A stretch of DNA of 64,000 bases, from positions 1,054,001-1,118,000 of the forward strand of contig NC_027217.1 in NCBI RefSeq assembly GCF_000981445.1, given 5' to 3'. The DNA is from Babesia bigemina. Lineage: Eukaryota. A program made the translations under genes and the position numbers. Positions within the stretch are counted from its first letter, which is position 1. Every line of letters starts with the position of its first letter. Below, piece after piece: positions 10,982 through 22,555 of the stretch. Below the pieces are notes generated by a model. The model had not been told where the DNA came from and did no database searches. It saw only the letters and a list, made by a program, of their open reading frames with translations.

Positions 10982-13900
10982 TCAGACCTCATTCTGGTTT
11001 TTCCGGGACGAGAGGCTGATGAACGCCTGGAACTGTTTAAACTCTTCGTACTGCTTCTCGATTGTTTCCGTGCTAATGGGTTGCGAAAGCTGCGGAATCT
11101 GAGAGAAAATTCCAACGAAAAATGGGAGACCCTTCGTGGTAACTGTATTCTCTTCCTGAACTGCTGCGGTGGCGCCCAACCCATTAAAAAATGATGTGGA
11201 CTCTTCGTCGTTGTATTGGTTAAGTGCTCTTGTATTTTTTAGATCTTCAGACGCATATTCAGCAACATTGCTGGGATCGGAGATCCTACCAGCCTTGCGC
11301 TGCTTGAACCTGCCATTGTCAAACTCTTCCTCATTGTCGGACGCTTCCAGACTCATGCAGGACGACGCTTCGTCGTCTAGCGAACCAGTAGTTGTGCCGT
11401 ACACAAGTTGTTGCGTCATTATGGTATAGAGCTCTTCCAACTCCCTTAGTAGCGCTTCATCGTCTGCCTTATCAAGCGAACCTAGTTCATCAATTATCTC
11501 TTTGACGAACTCGTCGTCATCAAGAATATCTGATCTTGCGGTATTTTCGACCCCCATAACAGATGTGGATGCGGCTTCCTCAGTTCGCTCCGTAGGTTTC
11601 GGGCAATTATCAGATGACGTAGGTCGAGTTATGTCGCCCCTCTCCGTTTCATCTGCACCTGGTGCAATGATATCTTCTTCCTTGGTCAGTAGATTGTCTG
11701 TTGATTCCACAGATGCCAAACCTTCGTTTGCGTCTCCGTGTGTACTAGGAACATCGCTTAATGAGTCGTGATGCATTTCATGTGCATTGGCTTCCTTTTC
11801 AACGGCACTAATCGTATCCACCTCGGCATTCACGGTCTCGTCGATTTCCTCACTTTCCACGGTTATTTCAGCCTGTTCCTCGGTTTCATGTAACATCTCT
11901 GCTTCTAAATCACAGTCAGCGTTGGTTATTTCTGGCTCATCAGAGATGTTCGTCTCCTCGGTTATCGGCTCTACTTCACCGTGCTCGTTAGCATCGGTTG
12001 CGGTGGTTTCATTTGTTATTGCCGTCTCAAGACTGTTTTCATTGGACATTAATTCGTTCGCATTACCATCAGCATTTTCAGTCACGTCCAAAGCAGCCTC
12101 TATATTTGGAGTTGTCAGTGAGTCTTTATTCTCGGCAACCTCAGCAGAGGCAGCAGTGATGTATGACCCAAAGGTTTCAGCATCAAAATATATTGTCTGG
12201 TTAGGCTGTTCATATGGCGTAGGAGTAAGGCTTTCCACAGGCGTGCTTGGAACATCGAAAAAGGCGGAATGGTATGGTGTGTCCACATCCCTGGCTCCGC
12301 CAACGAAATCCCCGTTGCTTTTATCCAGTTCAACAACTAGGTTGTTTAATTCTAATTCGCTCTCCTCTACTGGTGATACAACAATATCTGTGTCATTTTC
12401 AGGCGAATCTGACTTATCATTGGTGCTCTCAGCATTGCAACTGCCTTCACTGTCACCCGCTACAAGGTTGGCATCCTCCGGCTTCAGTGTTTCTAAATCC
12501 TCTTTGCTTTCCTCTACCTCCGAATCTACCACGTTTTCCAAACTTTCATTAGGGTCGGTAACTAATTCCGTTTCCACATCCTCATGTAGTTCACCCTCAA
12601 GGACGTTCGCCGGGGTTTGAGACGGTTCTTCTACGTTGGTGTCATCAACGACTGCCATATGTGAACCTTCTTCGAGGGGAGATTCATCCACCATTGTAAT
12701 TTCTCTTTCTACAAATGAAACGTTTTCGTTGTTAGAAGTTTCAGTAACAGTGTTATCAATAATGGCAGCATCTGCGTTGTCATCTACAGCCTCAGCTTCA
12801 GACAAAGGAGGAATCTCATCAACCATTTTATCGCCACTTTCAGGCACATTAACACGGGACTTCAGACTCACTAAGGTGTCCTTTAGGTCAACAATGTCCC
12901 TCTTCAAATTCTGGATTTCATTCCACAATTCGTTTGTATCAATTTCCAATTTTATTTTGAAAAGAGAGGGGTTTTTATTGATAGTGATGGTTGTAGCTGA
13001 TACTTCGTTGTCTACCCTCTCGGAAACATCATCTTCCATGCTGTAATTAACATCAGTTTCCTCATCGGCCGTTCGTTCTGTTTCCTGGGTTGGCTCTTCA
13101 GCATCGGTGTTAGTGATTATGTCCAAATCCGTATCAAGCGCAAGAGATGTAGATTCAACAGGTGTTACATCAGACTCCATAGGCATTCCAACTGGTACAG
13201 ATGAGCTGCTGTTTTCCGGAAGAGGTGAGGCTTGTGGGTGGGGTGGCATTGAAACTTCCGCGGGCTCAGAAAGGGTGTCATTGCGTGTGCTTAGAGGTAT
13301 GACACTTTCTTCTTCAGCAATCGGCATAGCGTTCTCCTCAGGTGCAGAGAGCTCACATGTTTCCCCTGAGGACATATCACAGACTTCAGCCAAGTCGGGT
13401 GACGGGCATGACGCTACATTTGTTGTATCCACATCGAATGATTCATTAGCAACAACTTCTTCAGAAATCTCATTAGCAGCGGTTTCTTCAGAAATCTCAT
13501 TAGCAGCGGTTTCTTCAGAAATCTCGTTAGCAACAATTTCTTCAGAAATCTCGTTAGCAACAATTTCTTCAGAAATCTCGTTAGCAACAATTTCTTCAGA
13601 AATCTCGTTAGAAACAATTTCTTCAGAAATCTCGTTAGCAACTATTTCTTCTGACGTCTCGTTAGCAACTATTTCTTCTGACGTCTCGTTAGCAACAACT
13701 GATTCAGAAATCTCATTAGCAACTTCGGGGACGTCTTCGGTAGGCTCATCTGAACGTTCTAAAGTTGCGTTGAGAGGCTCTGGTGTCTCTAAGACAGGCG
13801 TATTCTCAACAGAATCGACATTTTCATCCACTGACTCCTCTACAGCGTCATCAGAGGCAGAGTCAACAGCAAGGTTGCTGACTCCAGCCATTTCCTGGTT

Positions 13901-15510
13901 AACACTTTCCATTGAATTCGTAGCCACTATGTCTTCATCAGCATTATGGTCAATTGTGGATTGCATAGAGATGGATATGTCCCTTTTAATCACGGCTTTA
14001 GAGACCATTGCAGCTTCCTTAACTTCAGTTGCTACCTCTTCGACTTCCGCAGTTGTCTTTTCTTCTTCAACGGCCTCTTCTGATAGCATTGCAGATGGCT
14101 CAACTTCCTCGGTAACCGACTTGTCATTCACGTCCTCACCCATGGGTGCTGCTGGCTCGTCATGTTCGACAGCAGCGTCAACCGCTTCATGGGATATGGG
14201 GCTAATTTGCTCGGCTTCCTGGGCCAAAATGACCTCCGCATCGGCTTCGGGATTTGGCAACTCAGAAACCAAGTCTTCTGCGGTAACGCTGAGAGGTTCA
14301 CTGCCAGCAACAAGTGCCGCTTCGCTCTCTACGCCCTTGTCTACTCCGGTGGCATCCAATTCATCGTCTACCTGCTCCACCACTTCAGAATCGTAGGCAT
14401 CTTTTGGTGTGACTTCGCATACTGCATCCACGTGCTTATCACTTGTGTCAACGATAGTTTTGGCTGAGGCGACATCGGACACAACCATTTCATCCTTGGC
14501 GAGACTTTCAGTCGTTTCTGTCGCCTTGACGTTTTCGTCGCAGATTTTAGAAGCGTCGACCACCTCTGAAGGTGTGGCAGATTCACTTGAGATAGTTTCA
14601 TCCTTATACCAATTAGACTTCTCCAGTATCCTATGTAGCAATTGGCTGTACCTGAATAGAGATGTGACGAGTGTTTTTAATGTTGTACGTGCCATGTTAA
14701 CAGGTTGCCAAAGCAGAATATGTATGAAATATTCGCATGTCAGAATTGTTATGTATACCGTACCTGTTGATATTCTCTGTCGCATCAAATATTGCTTTCG
14801 ATGCAATATCATTTTTGGTTTCCAGTTTCTTAACGTGTCGTGTGGTAGCGATGTTGTGCTGCCTCAGCATTGTCTGTATGGCTATCATCATCGTGCGGAA
14901 ATCCCTCTGAAATAGGTTCTTCTCAACATCAGTCCTGTTTTCGTCGATACCTTGCGTTGACAGCTTGCTCTGGTTGATGCGCTTCTTGACCCTGTTGTAC
15001 AAAGATAACTGTTGCTTCAGCTGGGATATTTCCTTGTCCAGGTTCATCAGCTGCAATTTCATCTTCCTCACGGCATCATGCTCGGAATCCGGATTACGGT
15101 GGCGCCGCTTTTCCATCTCATTTCTGAAGGCCTTCATCACCGTGTAGTAGAAGAGCATTCTTGCCTTTTCCAACTCGCTACTGTACGAGGATGATAAATG
15201 TGGTAAGGGGACGTACCCGCGAAGTTCACTCTTGAACGCAGCGGTTAGGCCATATTTCTCATCTATAGATTTTGAGAGTGACCGACATATGCCCTTCATG
15301 GACTTTAGAATTTGTATCTTGCCTTCATCACTGAGCTCGTCAGATTTCTACGGTGTCGTTAGCATTTGGTAAGTTGTGTCTTACCTCGGCGTTGATGACA
15401 AACTTGCAAATTGACTCCATCACTTCCATCGGTCCTGCTACAAGGCCCTTTGCAAGCGACGCCATGCACGAGGCATCGTTTTGCAATCGCTCGAATGGTT
15501 CTACATCCAT
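10982..15510 (-). CDS. Large acidic low-complexity protein with N-terminal coiled coil and 9-aa tandem repeat (3 exons, ~1450 aa)
   Basis: ORFs 14697-15299 and 10982-14812 are joined by a GT-AG intron (~14654-14763). A further 5' exon starts at ATG 15510 before a short intron. The body is Glu/Ser/Asp/Val-rich with no recognisable domain. Confidence 0.75.
13443..13726 (-). repeat. 27-bp coding tandem repeat, ~10.5 copies (EEIVANEIS)
   Basis: The + strand unit ttcttcagaaatctcgttagcaacaat and close variants repeat directly, encoding (I/V/T)(V/A)ANE(I/T)SEE. Confidence 0.95.
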
Positions 15511-16263
15511 CGTGGCCAATGTTTGCTAATATCAATAATTGAACATAAGTGTTCCTCTCCAGATTGTATTTATCCTGTTGGACGATATATACGCCGCCAG
15601 GGTTGTACGCAAGTGGAGTATTTTGATGCTAGCATGAGTCGTACCCACAGCAACAAGTATTTGTGGATTGCTGTGAGGTGCGTCAGATTGAACCGAATGC
15701 CACTACAAAGCACTAGGATATGATTTTTGTGTATGATACCAAGATGATAGTACGTCTGTCTTCTGTCGCACGTGTCTCAGTTCGGTCGACGGCGATCGAG
15801 ACGCCATCGAGAGCCGTCAGAGGTGCGCATGAAAATCGCTTCGATAGGTTATTATTGTCTCACAGACAGCAACAATTATAGGACATCGCTCACATAATCA
15901 TACTTAGTGCCACTAATGCAACCGCTCCGAGGGCTGTCCAACTTTAGTTGTCTCACTTGGGCAGTTGGTCACTAGATGACGAGCGCATCGAAATTACAGA
16001 GACACGCACGCTGAGACAAGTTTATGCCGTTGTATAATGGCTCGTTGGGTGGCTAACGTATACGTCTTTAATATTTAGAGAGTTTCGGCAAGACTTAATA
16101 TTCACCATTTGGCGTGGCAGCAGTCAGCGAGTCGTCTCCAGTTGGTCACGGCCGAATATCGGCGTACATTTTACGAGCATGTTTCGCCCTATACATACGC
16201 AACGTAAAGGCAACTATAGGTGTCTAACAGCTCCTTTTTACGCTGTCTCGTAACCATAACGTG

Positions 16264-17638
16264 TTAGTGCCTACCCTGCTTGGATCTGGCCTTCTCCATT
16301 AATGCGAGGAACTTCACAGGGTTAACTCTGCCCATGAACCGCGACTCTCTACCCGCCTCATCGTCTTGCTCCTCCGGCTCGCGTTTTCTGCGCAGTTTGG
16401 CGTTGGTGTCTGGTATTGTTGGCATGAGCTCGACGGTCTGCGTTCTAGGCCTCTCCTGCGTGTATATCCACCACATTGAAAATACACGAAAAACGCACCG
16501 TTGTGAGGTATGGGTGGTCGAGGGCGTCCTTTGCCGATATGCGCTTGCTAGGATCTAGCGTGAGCATCTTCATGAGCAGGTCCATTCCCAACTCAGTCAT
16601 GTAGCACCCCTCATTTGCACCCATATTGTTCTTAAAATATGTGTGGAAGTTGGGTTTGTAGCTGGTAAGCGGGAATCGCCCGTCTCTCACCAATGGCAGT
16701 TTCGTGTAATCCGGCCAGTTCTCCTTTGTGGGCGAACCGCAGCACCTGAATATTTTGTCTAGCGTGTCCGAGTCGTTCACCCCCGTGAATAAGGGCTTTC
16801 CACTGATTATCTCTGCGAATATGCACCCCACTGACCACACGTCGACAGCTTCGGTATACTTCTCTTGTCCCAGGAATAGCTCCGGCGCTCTGTACCAGTG
16901 CGTGACTACATTTTGCGTGTAGTTTTTGATTGGTTGCCCGAATTTGCGCGCCATTCCGAAATCGCAGATTTTGAGCACGCCTCGATTATTGTACAGGATG
17001 TTGGTCGTCTTGAGGTCTCGGTGGAGTACCCAATGCTCGTGGATGTAGGCAACTCCCATAAGCAGTTGGTTCAGAAGGCACTTGCGCTCCGACAACGTGA
17101 AGTCGGGTTTCCGCTCATGCAGGAGCGTCTTGAGCTCGTGCTCAACGTACTCCATGACCATATAGTACTGGTCCTTCCTTTCATTGGTCACCACCTCCTT
17201 GACGCTGAGGATGTTCGGGTGCCTGAGTTCGAGCAGTATGGCTATTTCCCGCAAATAGCTGACCGGAAACCCTTCTTTCCAGTGCGCCTCATGGAATTTG
17301 ATGTGCTTCAGCGCCACGATCTCCCCAGTTTCTGTGTCTAGCGCCCTGTACACCGAGCCATAAGTGCCTTCCGATATTTTGTTTAGGCATTTATAAATGT
17401 CCACATTGCGACAGCATTCCAGCGTGTCCGTAATGGGCCCCAAATCATTTCCTCCGGTGATGGAAGACGGCGTGTTGGCACTCTCTAACGTTGCCGGGGC
17501 TTCATCCGTTGTTTCGGCTTCATTGCGACCGTTCTCTGGTTTCTCATGGACATCGGATGGCACTTCTGGGTCATCTGGTGTCAGAAGGTCACCATCATTG
17601 CTGGAATCCCTAGAATTTGAGCGTCGTGAGGCAGCCAT
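16264..17638 (-). CDS. CRK1: CDK11/CRK1-like cyclin-dependent protein kinase (2 exons)
   Basis: CRNVDIYKCLNKISEGTYGSVYRA, VALK, EGFPVSYLREI, YMVMEYVEHELK, HRDLKTTN, DFGMAR and WYRAPE match the CDK11/PITSLRE clade. An intron near 16460-16500 links the C-terminal PTIPDTN exon. Confidence 0.9.
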
Positions 17639-18012
17639 GCCAATATGATGTCTAGTGGAATCGCAGCACACATCACCTGTTGCGACCGTATTTTACCGCA
17701 CACCCACGACACATGACCACTAAATACGCCGTATTTTCATCGCTGTGTGTAACCTTGGCGGCTGTTCGCGTCATCTCGAGATACAGTTGCTCGACTCCCC
17801 ATAGTGTCGCGGATCAACTCCGCCGTCGGAGTCTGCGATGCGGCGTCGTTAGAAGACACAAACTGTATATCGCACCCGACAGTTAGAGAAGCGCCTGGCA
17901 AGTGTGAACGCGTGGCCTTCTCCGTGCTTTTCCGAGGCACAATCGCCCGGAGGCTAACGGGCCATCGCATTAACACACTGAGAGGGTGTTGCGCCATCGC
18001 TGCCCATCCAGG

Positions 18013-19132
18013 ATGGATGCGAAGGATGGAAATGGAGGCTCCCATGCTTGCAACATTCTCAAGGGCACCACGATTGGAGGTAGGCGTGTTTTCGTTCGAA
18101 TCACGGCGCTCAGGGCTTGTGGTATCGTCGCTCTGTGTGCCGACTGACGTCGTGCGCAACTACTGGTACTTCAACCCGGAGCTGAAGGGCATTCGCGGGA
18201 GCATAAGCACTGCCGGCGTCGCTCGCCACATCTATGCAACCCGCGGTGTTCGATGCTTCTTCACTGGTTTCCACCTCACCGCCCTAAATGTCGTGGGCGG
18301 TCAGACCATATTCCTGCTGTCGTACGACGCGATGAAGACCGAAATGAGCACTCCGTTGGCAAGCATTTTGGGAAGGATGGCTACTCTTCTGTCGATGCAA
18401 CCGCTGGAGTGCCTGCGTACCTACACCCAGGCCAACCTGCCGGGTCGCACCATGAGCTTTTTCCAACATACCCAAGGCTTTTCTAGGTTCACATCGCTCT
18501 ACCGGGGTCTGATTCCAACGGTTATTCGCGACGTGCCGTTTTCGGCGGTACATTGGCCTCTGAATGACCTTCTGTACCGTCGCTTCATCGCGTCCTGCGG
18601 CCGTTCGGAATCCGACCTGACTAGAGTCCAGAAGTTTGCGCTCTCTTTCGCTACAGGAACCATGTCGTCGATATTGGCGACCATGATCTCGCAGCCCTTC
18701 GACATAGTGAAAACCACCATCCAGGTACGGCTGCGTGTGCGTGTCTGCAACTAGTACATCTAGGTGTCGGTTGCGGTAAGGTGACTGGCTGCTGTTAGCC
18801 ACGACACCTGTGGCGGGTATGGCAGTGCGGCAACAACGGCACGACATCATGCATGCAACGTTCATAGACACGTGATAGTTCGATACACGTTTCTCGCGAT
18901 GCCACCACTTTCATGTGACAGTGATTCACCGCCGCACACTCACTGCGACCACGTTTAAACAATTGTGCAGGCTGCAGCTGGTCGCAAGTCGAAGATGACG
19001 GTTCGAGGGGAGCTGCGCCGGTTTTTTGGTCAGTACGGTATGCGAGGGTTCCTCATCGGCCTGACGCCCCGCCTGATAAAGGTGGTTCCAGGCTGTGCGA
19101 TAATATCAGGGTGTTATCGTTACTTCAACTGA
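18013..19132 (+). CDS. Mitochondrial carrier family protein (MTM1/SLC25A39-40-like), 3 exons
   Basis: Three Px[DE]xx[KR] repeats (PTDVVR, PLECLR, PFDIVK), plus LYRGLIPTVIRDVPFSAVHW and GLTPRLIKVVPGCAII. The spliced start is MDAKDGNGGSHACNILKGTTIG|GLVVSS. Confidence 0.88.
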
Positions 19133-19436
19133 ATGCCAGTCTGCAGGCAAGTGGCGTCGTGGTGTAGACCAATGTGCACAGCGATTCTACTTAATCTCTG
19201 CAGTTTTTCGTTTCCCCTGCGGATGCCAGAAGGTTTTCTACGGTATACTGACAGATAATCAGCACGCAGTGCGTCGCTTGGTGTCGTTGCTCGCCATGAA
19301 TCAGGGCACGGGATTCCACTCCGCCGGAGGCAGGCTTCTATTACACACATGATCCGCACTGCGCCAATAGCACGCATAACACCATATACAGCTTCAGTAC
19401 ACGCTACAGTGCACGGTTGCGAATGGTAGAGTGTAC

Positions 19437-20399
19437 ATGGCGACGTTCCTGTGGGGAGTTGCAAACAACAATGGATCGACCTTCCGGCGGCCGCGAGCGC
19501 AAAGATTTTCCAACGGCTACACACCTACGTCGATGGTGCACAGCGTCAAAAAGCAGTGCTCAGACGGCGCGTATGGGCAGTTTGACGCGCCCGCGTCATA
19601 TGGCACTGCCGCTGAGTCCGCGGAACTGCCGCCCATCCCTGCGTCCGGGTTGAGCGAGGTGGTGAATCTCAACGTTGGCGGCGTCTCGTACGTCACCACA
19701 TATCGCACACTGCTGAACCACAAAGGATCGCGTTTCGCCACGTACTTCCGTCAGCTGTTCGCGCACCTGTACCAGAACGCCCCTGCGAGCAGTTTGGGCG
19801 ACGACTTCTCCTACCTCGCAAACGACCGCTCTACGCCGTATCCTACCGTCTTCATTGACCGCGATGGGCGTCGTTTCAGCTACGTCTTGGACTATCTTCG
19901 GGACGGGAGCGTGGCGCTGCCGGATGATCAAACGGTATGCCGCGGGTTGCTGACCGATGCGCAATATTTCCGTCTGTCGGGTTTGGAGGTCACCATTGCG
20001 CATACGCTTCAGTTGTCGCTCGGCGGGACACGTACGCCTTCTATGAGTCACTCCCAGGATCATGCTTCGGCGGCTGTGGGCAGGGCGCCGTGCGACCGCG
20101 CATCGCTGGTTACGCACGACGCGGCAAGGACGCTGAGCCCGTATCACACGGCTAGCTGTTCCCATCGGATGTATAGCGTTGGAAGTGCTGCCAGCACCTC
20201 TGGCATTGCGTACACGTGTGATGAATCGCAAAGCGCGTTTTGTTCCCAGCAGAGCTACGACGAGGACCTCGCAAGCTCCCAGAAGAGTTTCCTGCAGGTA
20301 GGGGAGAACGACAACATCGAAGACGCTGGGATGTTCGTCCAGACCACCCCTCTGTCCAGGTTGGGCAAAACCGAGTTCTCAACCAACTTCGACTTCTGA
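19437..20399 (+). CDS. BTB/POZ (KCTD/T1-type) domain protein
   Basis: VNLNVGGVSYVTTYRTL ... FIDRDGRRFSYVLDYLRDG ... LLTDAQYFRLSGL. Low-complexity tail and no kelch repeats. Confidence 0.88.
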   Translation: MATFLWGVANNNGSTFRRPRAQRFSNGYTPTSMVHSVKKQCSDGAYGQFDAPASYGTAAESAELPPIPASGLSEVVNLNVGGVSYVTTYRTLLNHKGSRFATYFRQLFAHLYQNAPASSLGDDFSYLANDRSTPYPTVFIDRDGRRFSYVLDYLRDGSVALPDDQTVCRGLLTDAQYFRLSGLEVTIAHTLQLSLGGTRTPSMSHSQDHASAAVGRAPCDRASLVTHDAARTLSPYHTASCSHRMYSVGSAASTSGIAYTCDESQSAFCSQQSYDEDLASSQKSFLQVGENDNIEDAGMFVQTTPLSRLGKTEFSTNFDF

Positions 20400-20937
20400 C
20401 GCAAAAATTTGCAGTAACATAGTCACGAGCGCAGAGTTTCGTACATACGGCGATTTGCTGTAATAACCCTGTCTGTGGAGGATATTGTCACGTTCCAGGG
20501 AGCTACCTAAGACATCACTCAAACCAACGTGTCACACATTCTAATTAAGTCTACACAGATTAGTAGCCGTGATTCGGGTGTGGTCTATGGACGTGCCGTG
20601 GCATACCGTACGTGATTAGAGCTCTCTTAGCGTCAGCTCCCCTTGCCAGGTCAATAGCTTGGCAGCAGTGGCGGCGCTAGGCTGTGCGTTGCTCATGTAT
20701 GCGTGGCTGACCACAGTTGGAAGTGCGGAATCGGAGTGGTTTAAGCATGTTTGCATTGGAGGTCCCGGAAAGAGATGCCGCCGTGACTGTGATAACGGAC
20801 GTATGGTACAATTAACTGGTACGAAGAATGGCGCAATTACGTATGACGAATTGCACGTTGGTGAGATTACCTCGTATAAGGTCTTGTAGAATTTTAATGG
20901 CTCGTTTGGCACTCTGCGCAAGGTGAAGTGGGCGAGG

Positions 20938-22328
20938 CTAACCTCCCCTGAAATAATCCGAGATTTTCTGTGTCCTTGTTCTCCCAGATCTTGTGGGCGC
21001 CCTCTCAGAAGGGCTTTCGAACACTTCAACGCGCACCCTCCTCTGAGGACTTCCCGTGTTTACCTCTCTGCTCCGGCTGCTTCCGATGCGGGCAACATTG
21101 ATCGATCTTGGTATCCTCCTGTTGTACTCATGTTCTGCTTCTAGCGCCCTCACACTGGCTATGGAACTCTCAACTTCGCTAAAAGGGTCCCAGGTAGGCT
21201 CCTGATGCTCGGATGAGCTCCGCATCAGCAGCGCCTTGTACTCCCTGGTGCATGAGTGAATGCTTTTTGGTGCGCTTCCGTTACCTTTCAAGCACGAGAT
21301 AGTCACCACTGATTTCGTCACACTTCTTTTTCCACACGTCCTTCATATCTGTGAGCGTTTTGTTGATTCCCTCGAGTTCCATTATCCTGTTGGTGAGCAG
21401 GGCGAGTTTTTCGGAGGAGCTGAGTGTCTTGAGGCACGATTCGAACGCTTGGATTCCGATTTCATCCGCTTTCAGGTAATTGTGTACCTCTTCGAGTTTC
21501 TTGAGTTTCGCCTTGTTTTTGGCCAGCAGTTCGTTGAGCTTTGCAATGCTTGTCTTGTGCGCAGCTGCGATGACTCTGAGGTTCTTGTTTTCGCCAATTA
21601 GGGCCGCATTATCCTCTTGCATACGCAACACAGCTTCTCTAATAGACGTGTTTTCATTCTGCACGAGGTCAGCGGTCGTCGATGGGAACGTTATTAGGGG
21701 GTCATTGGTAACGGTTGTGCGGAGGCAGGTGTCTAATGTTCGAGGAGTCACAACCCATGTGTAACAACGAACTGCGCGGGACCCACCAATGCGACGTGGC
21801 GATTTATTTTGATCTCCAGAGATCCTTAGAATGCGATGACTCACCTCCGCTGATGCGCATCGCTCTTGCAGCTCGAGCATGTCTGCCGCCGCCTTCGACA
21901 ATCGTCGCTTTAAATCTTCTAGCTCCTGTTTTGTCGCCTCGTACTGAGATAATGATACCTGATTGCCCGTATTTTCCGCCGCATTTTCGGTGTGTACGCC
22001 GTTTACATCTTCAATTGCCTTGTCTTCATTCTCTGCGTACGATTAGACACCGACGGACGCAACGAACCGTCAGCACGTTCGACACACTCGAACTTCAGCT
22101 CGACGATGTTCTTAAACGCAATGTGAGACCTGCAGAGAGGGCATCCTCTTTGATACTTGTCCGTTCTATCCGTCCATAGCGTCAGGCTGTGTACGCTGTG
22201 CAACTCTTCTTTCACGTCTCAACCAACCATTTGCGATGGTACACGTGTCCACATTTCGTCAAGACACACAAGCCGCTGGTGAGATAGTCGTAGCATACGC
22301 TACAATAGGGGATGTCGAATCGCGTCAT
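20938..22328 (-). CDS. RING-H2 plus coiled-coil E3 ligase, TRAIP-like, with C-terminal PIP-like motif (spliced)
   Basis: Spliced N-terminus MTRFDIPYCSVCYDYLTSGLCVLTKCGHVYHRKC...GCPLCR (C3H2C3), then heptad-rich coiled-coil exons, ending in TQKISDYFRGG*. Confidence 0.75.
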
Positions 22329-22555
22329 GAATTAATGTGCGTCTGGTCAGGGAATCGCATTCAAAAGCATTACGTCCTGATGTGCATATAGCGTATTGCA
22401 GGACAAAATCTCGCCGACAAAAAAGCAGTAGTGTGTATATGGTTTGTGAGCGCCGTTCAGTGATGTCTAGCCGGGCGACGGCCATCCCTATTGGCGTGCA
22501 TCGCGGGCGCTATCAGGCGAAGGACAGGTTATATTGATGTGACTCCCGCTGCAAT

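Noticed and set aside
13443..13726. Regular repeat that might resemble a CRISPR array
   Set aside because: The units are contiguous, in-frame and have no unique spacers; the context is eukaryotic with no cas genes.
14654..14812. Apparent frameshift between ORFs 14697-15299 and 10982-14812
   Set aside because: Explained by a canonical GT-AG intron.
11169..14915. Long Ser-rich plus-strand ORFs (up to 429 aa)
   Set aside because: They are antisense shadows of the Glu-rich minus-strand gene; GAA/GAT codons read as Ser/Phe/Ile on the opposite strand.
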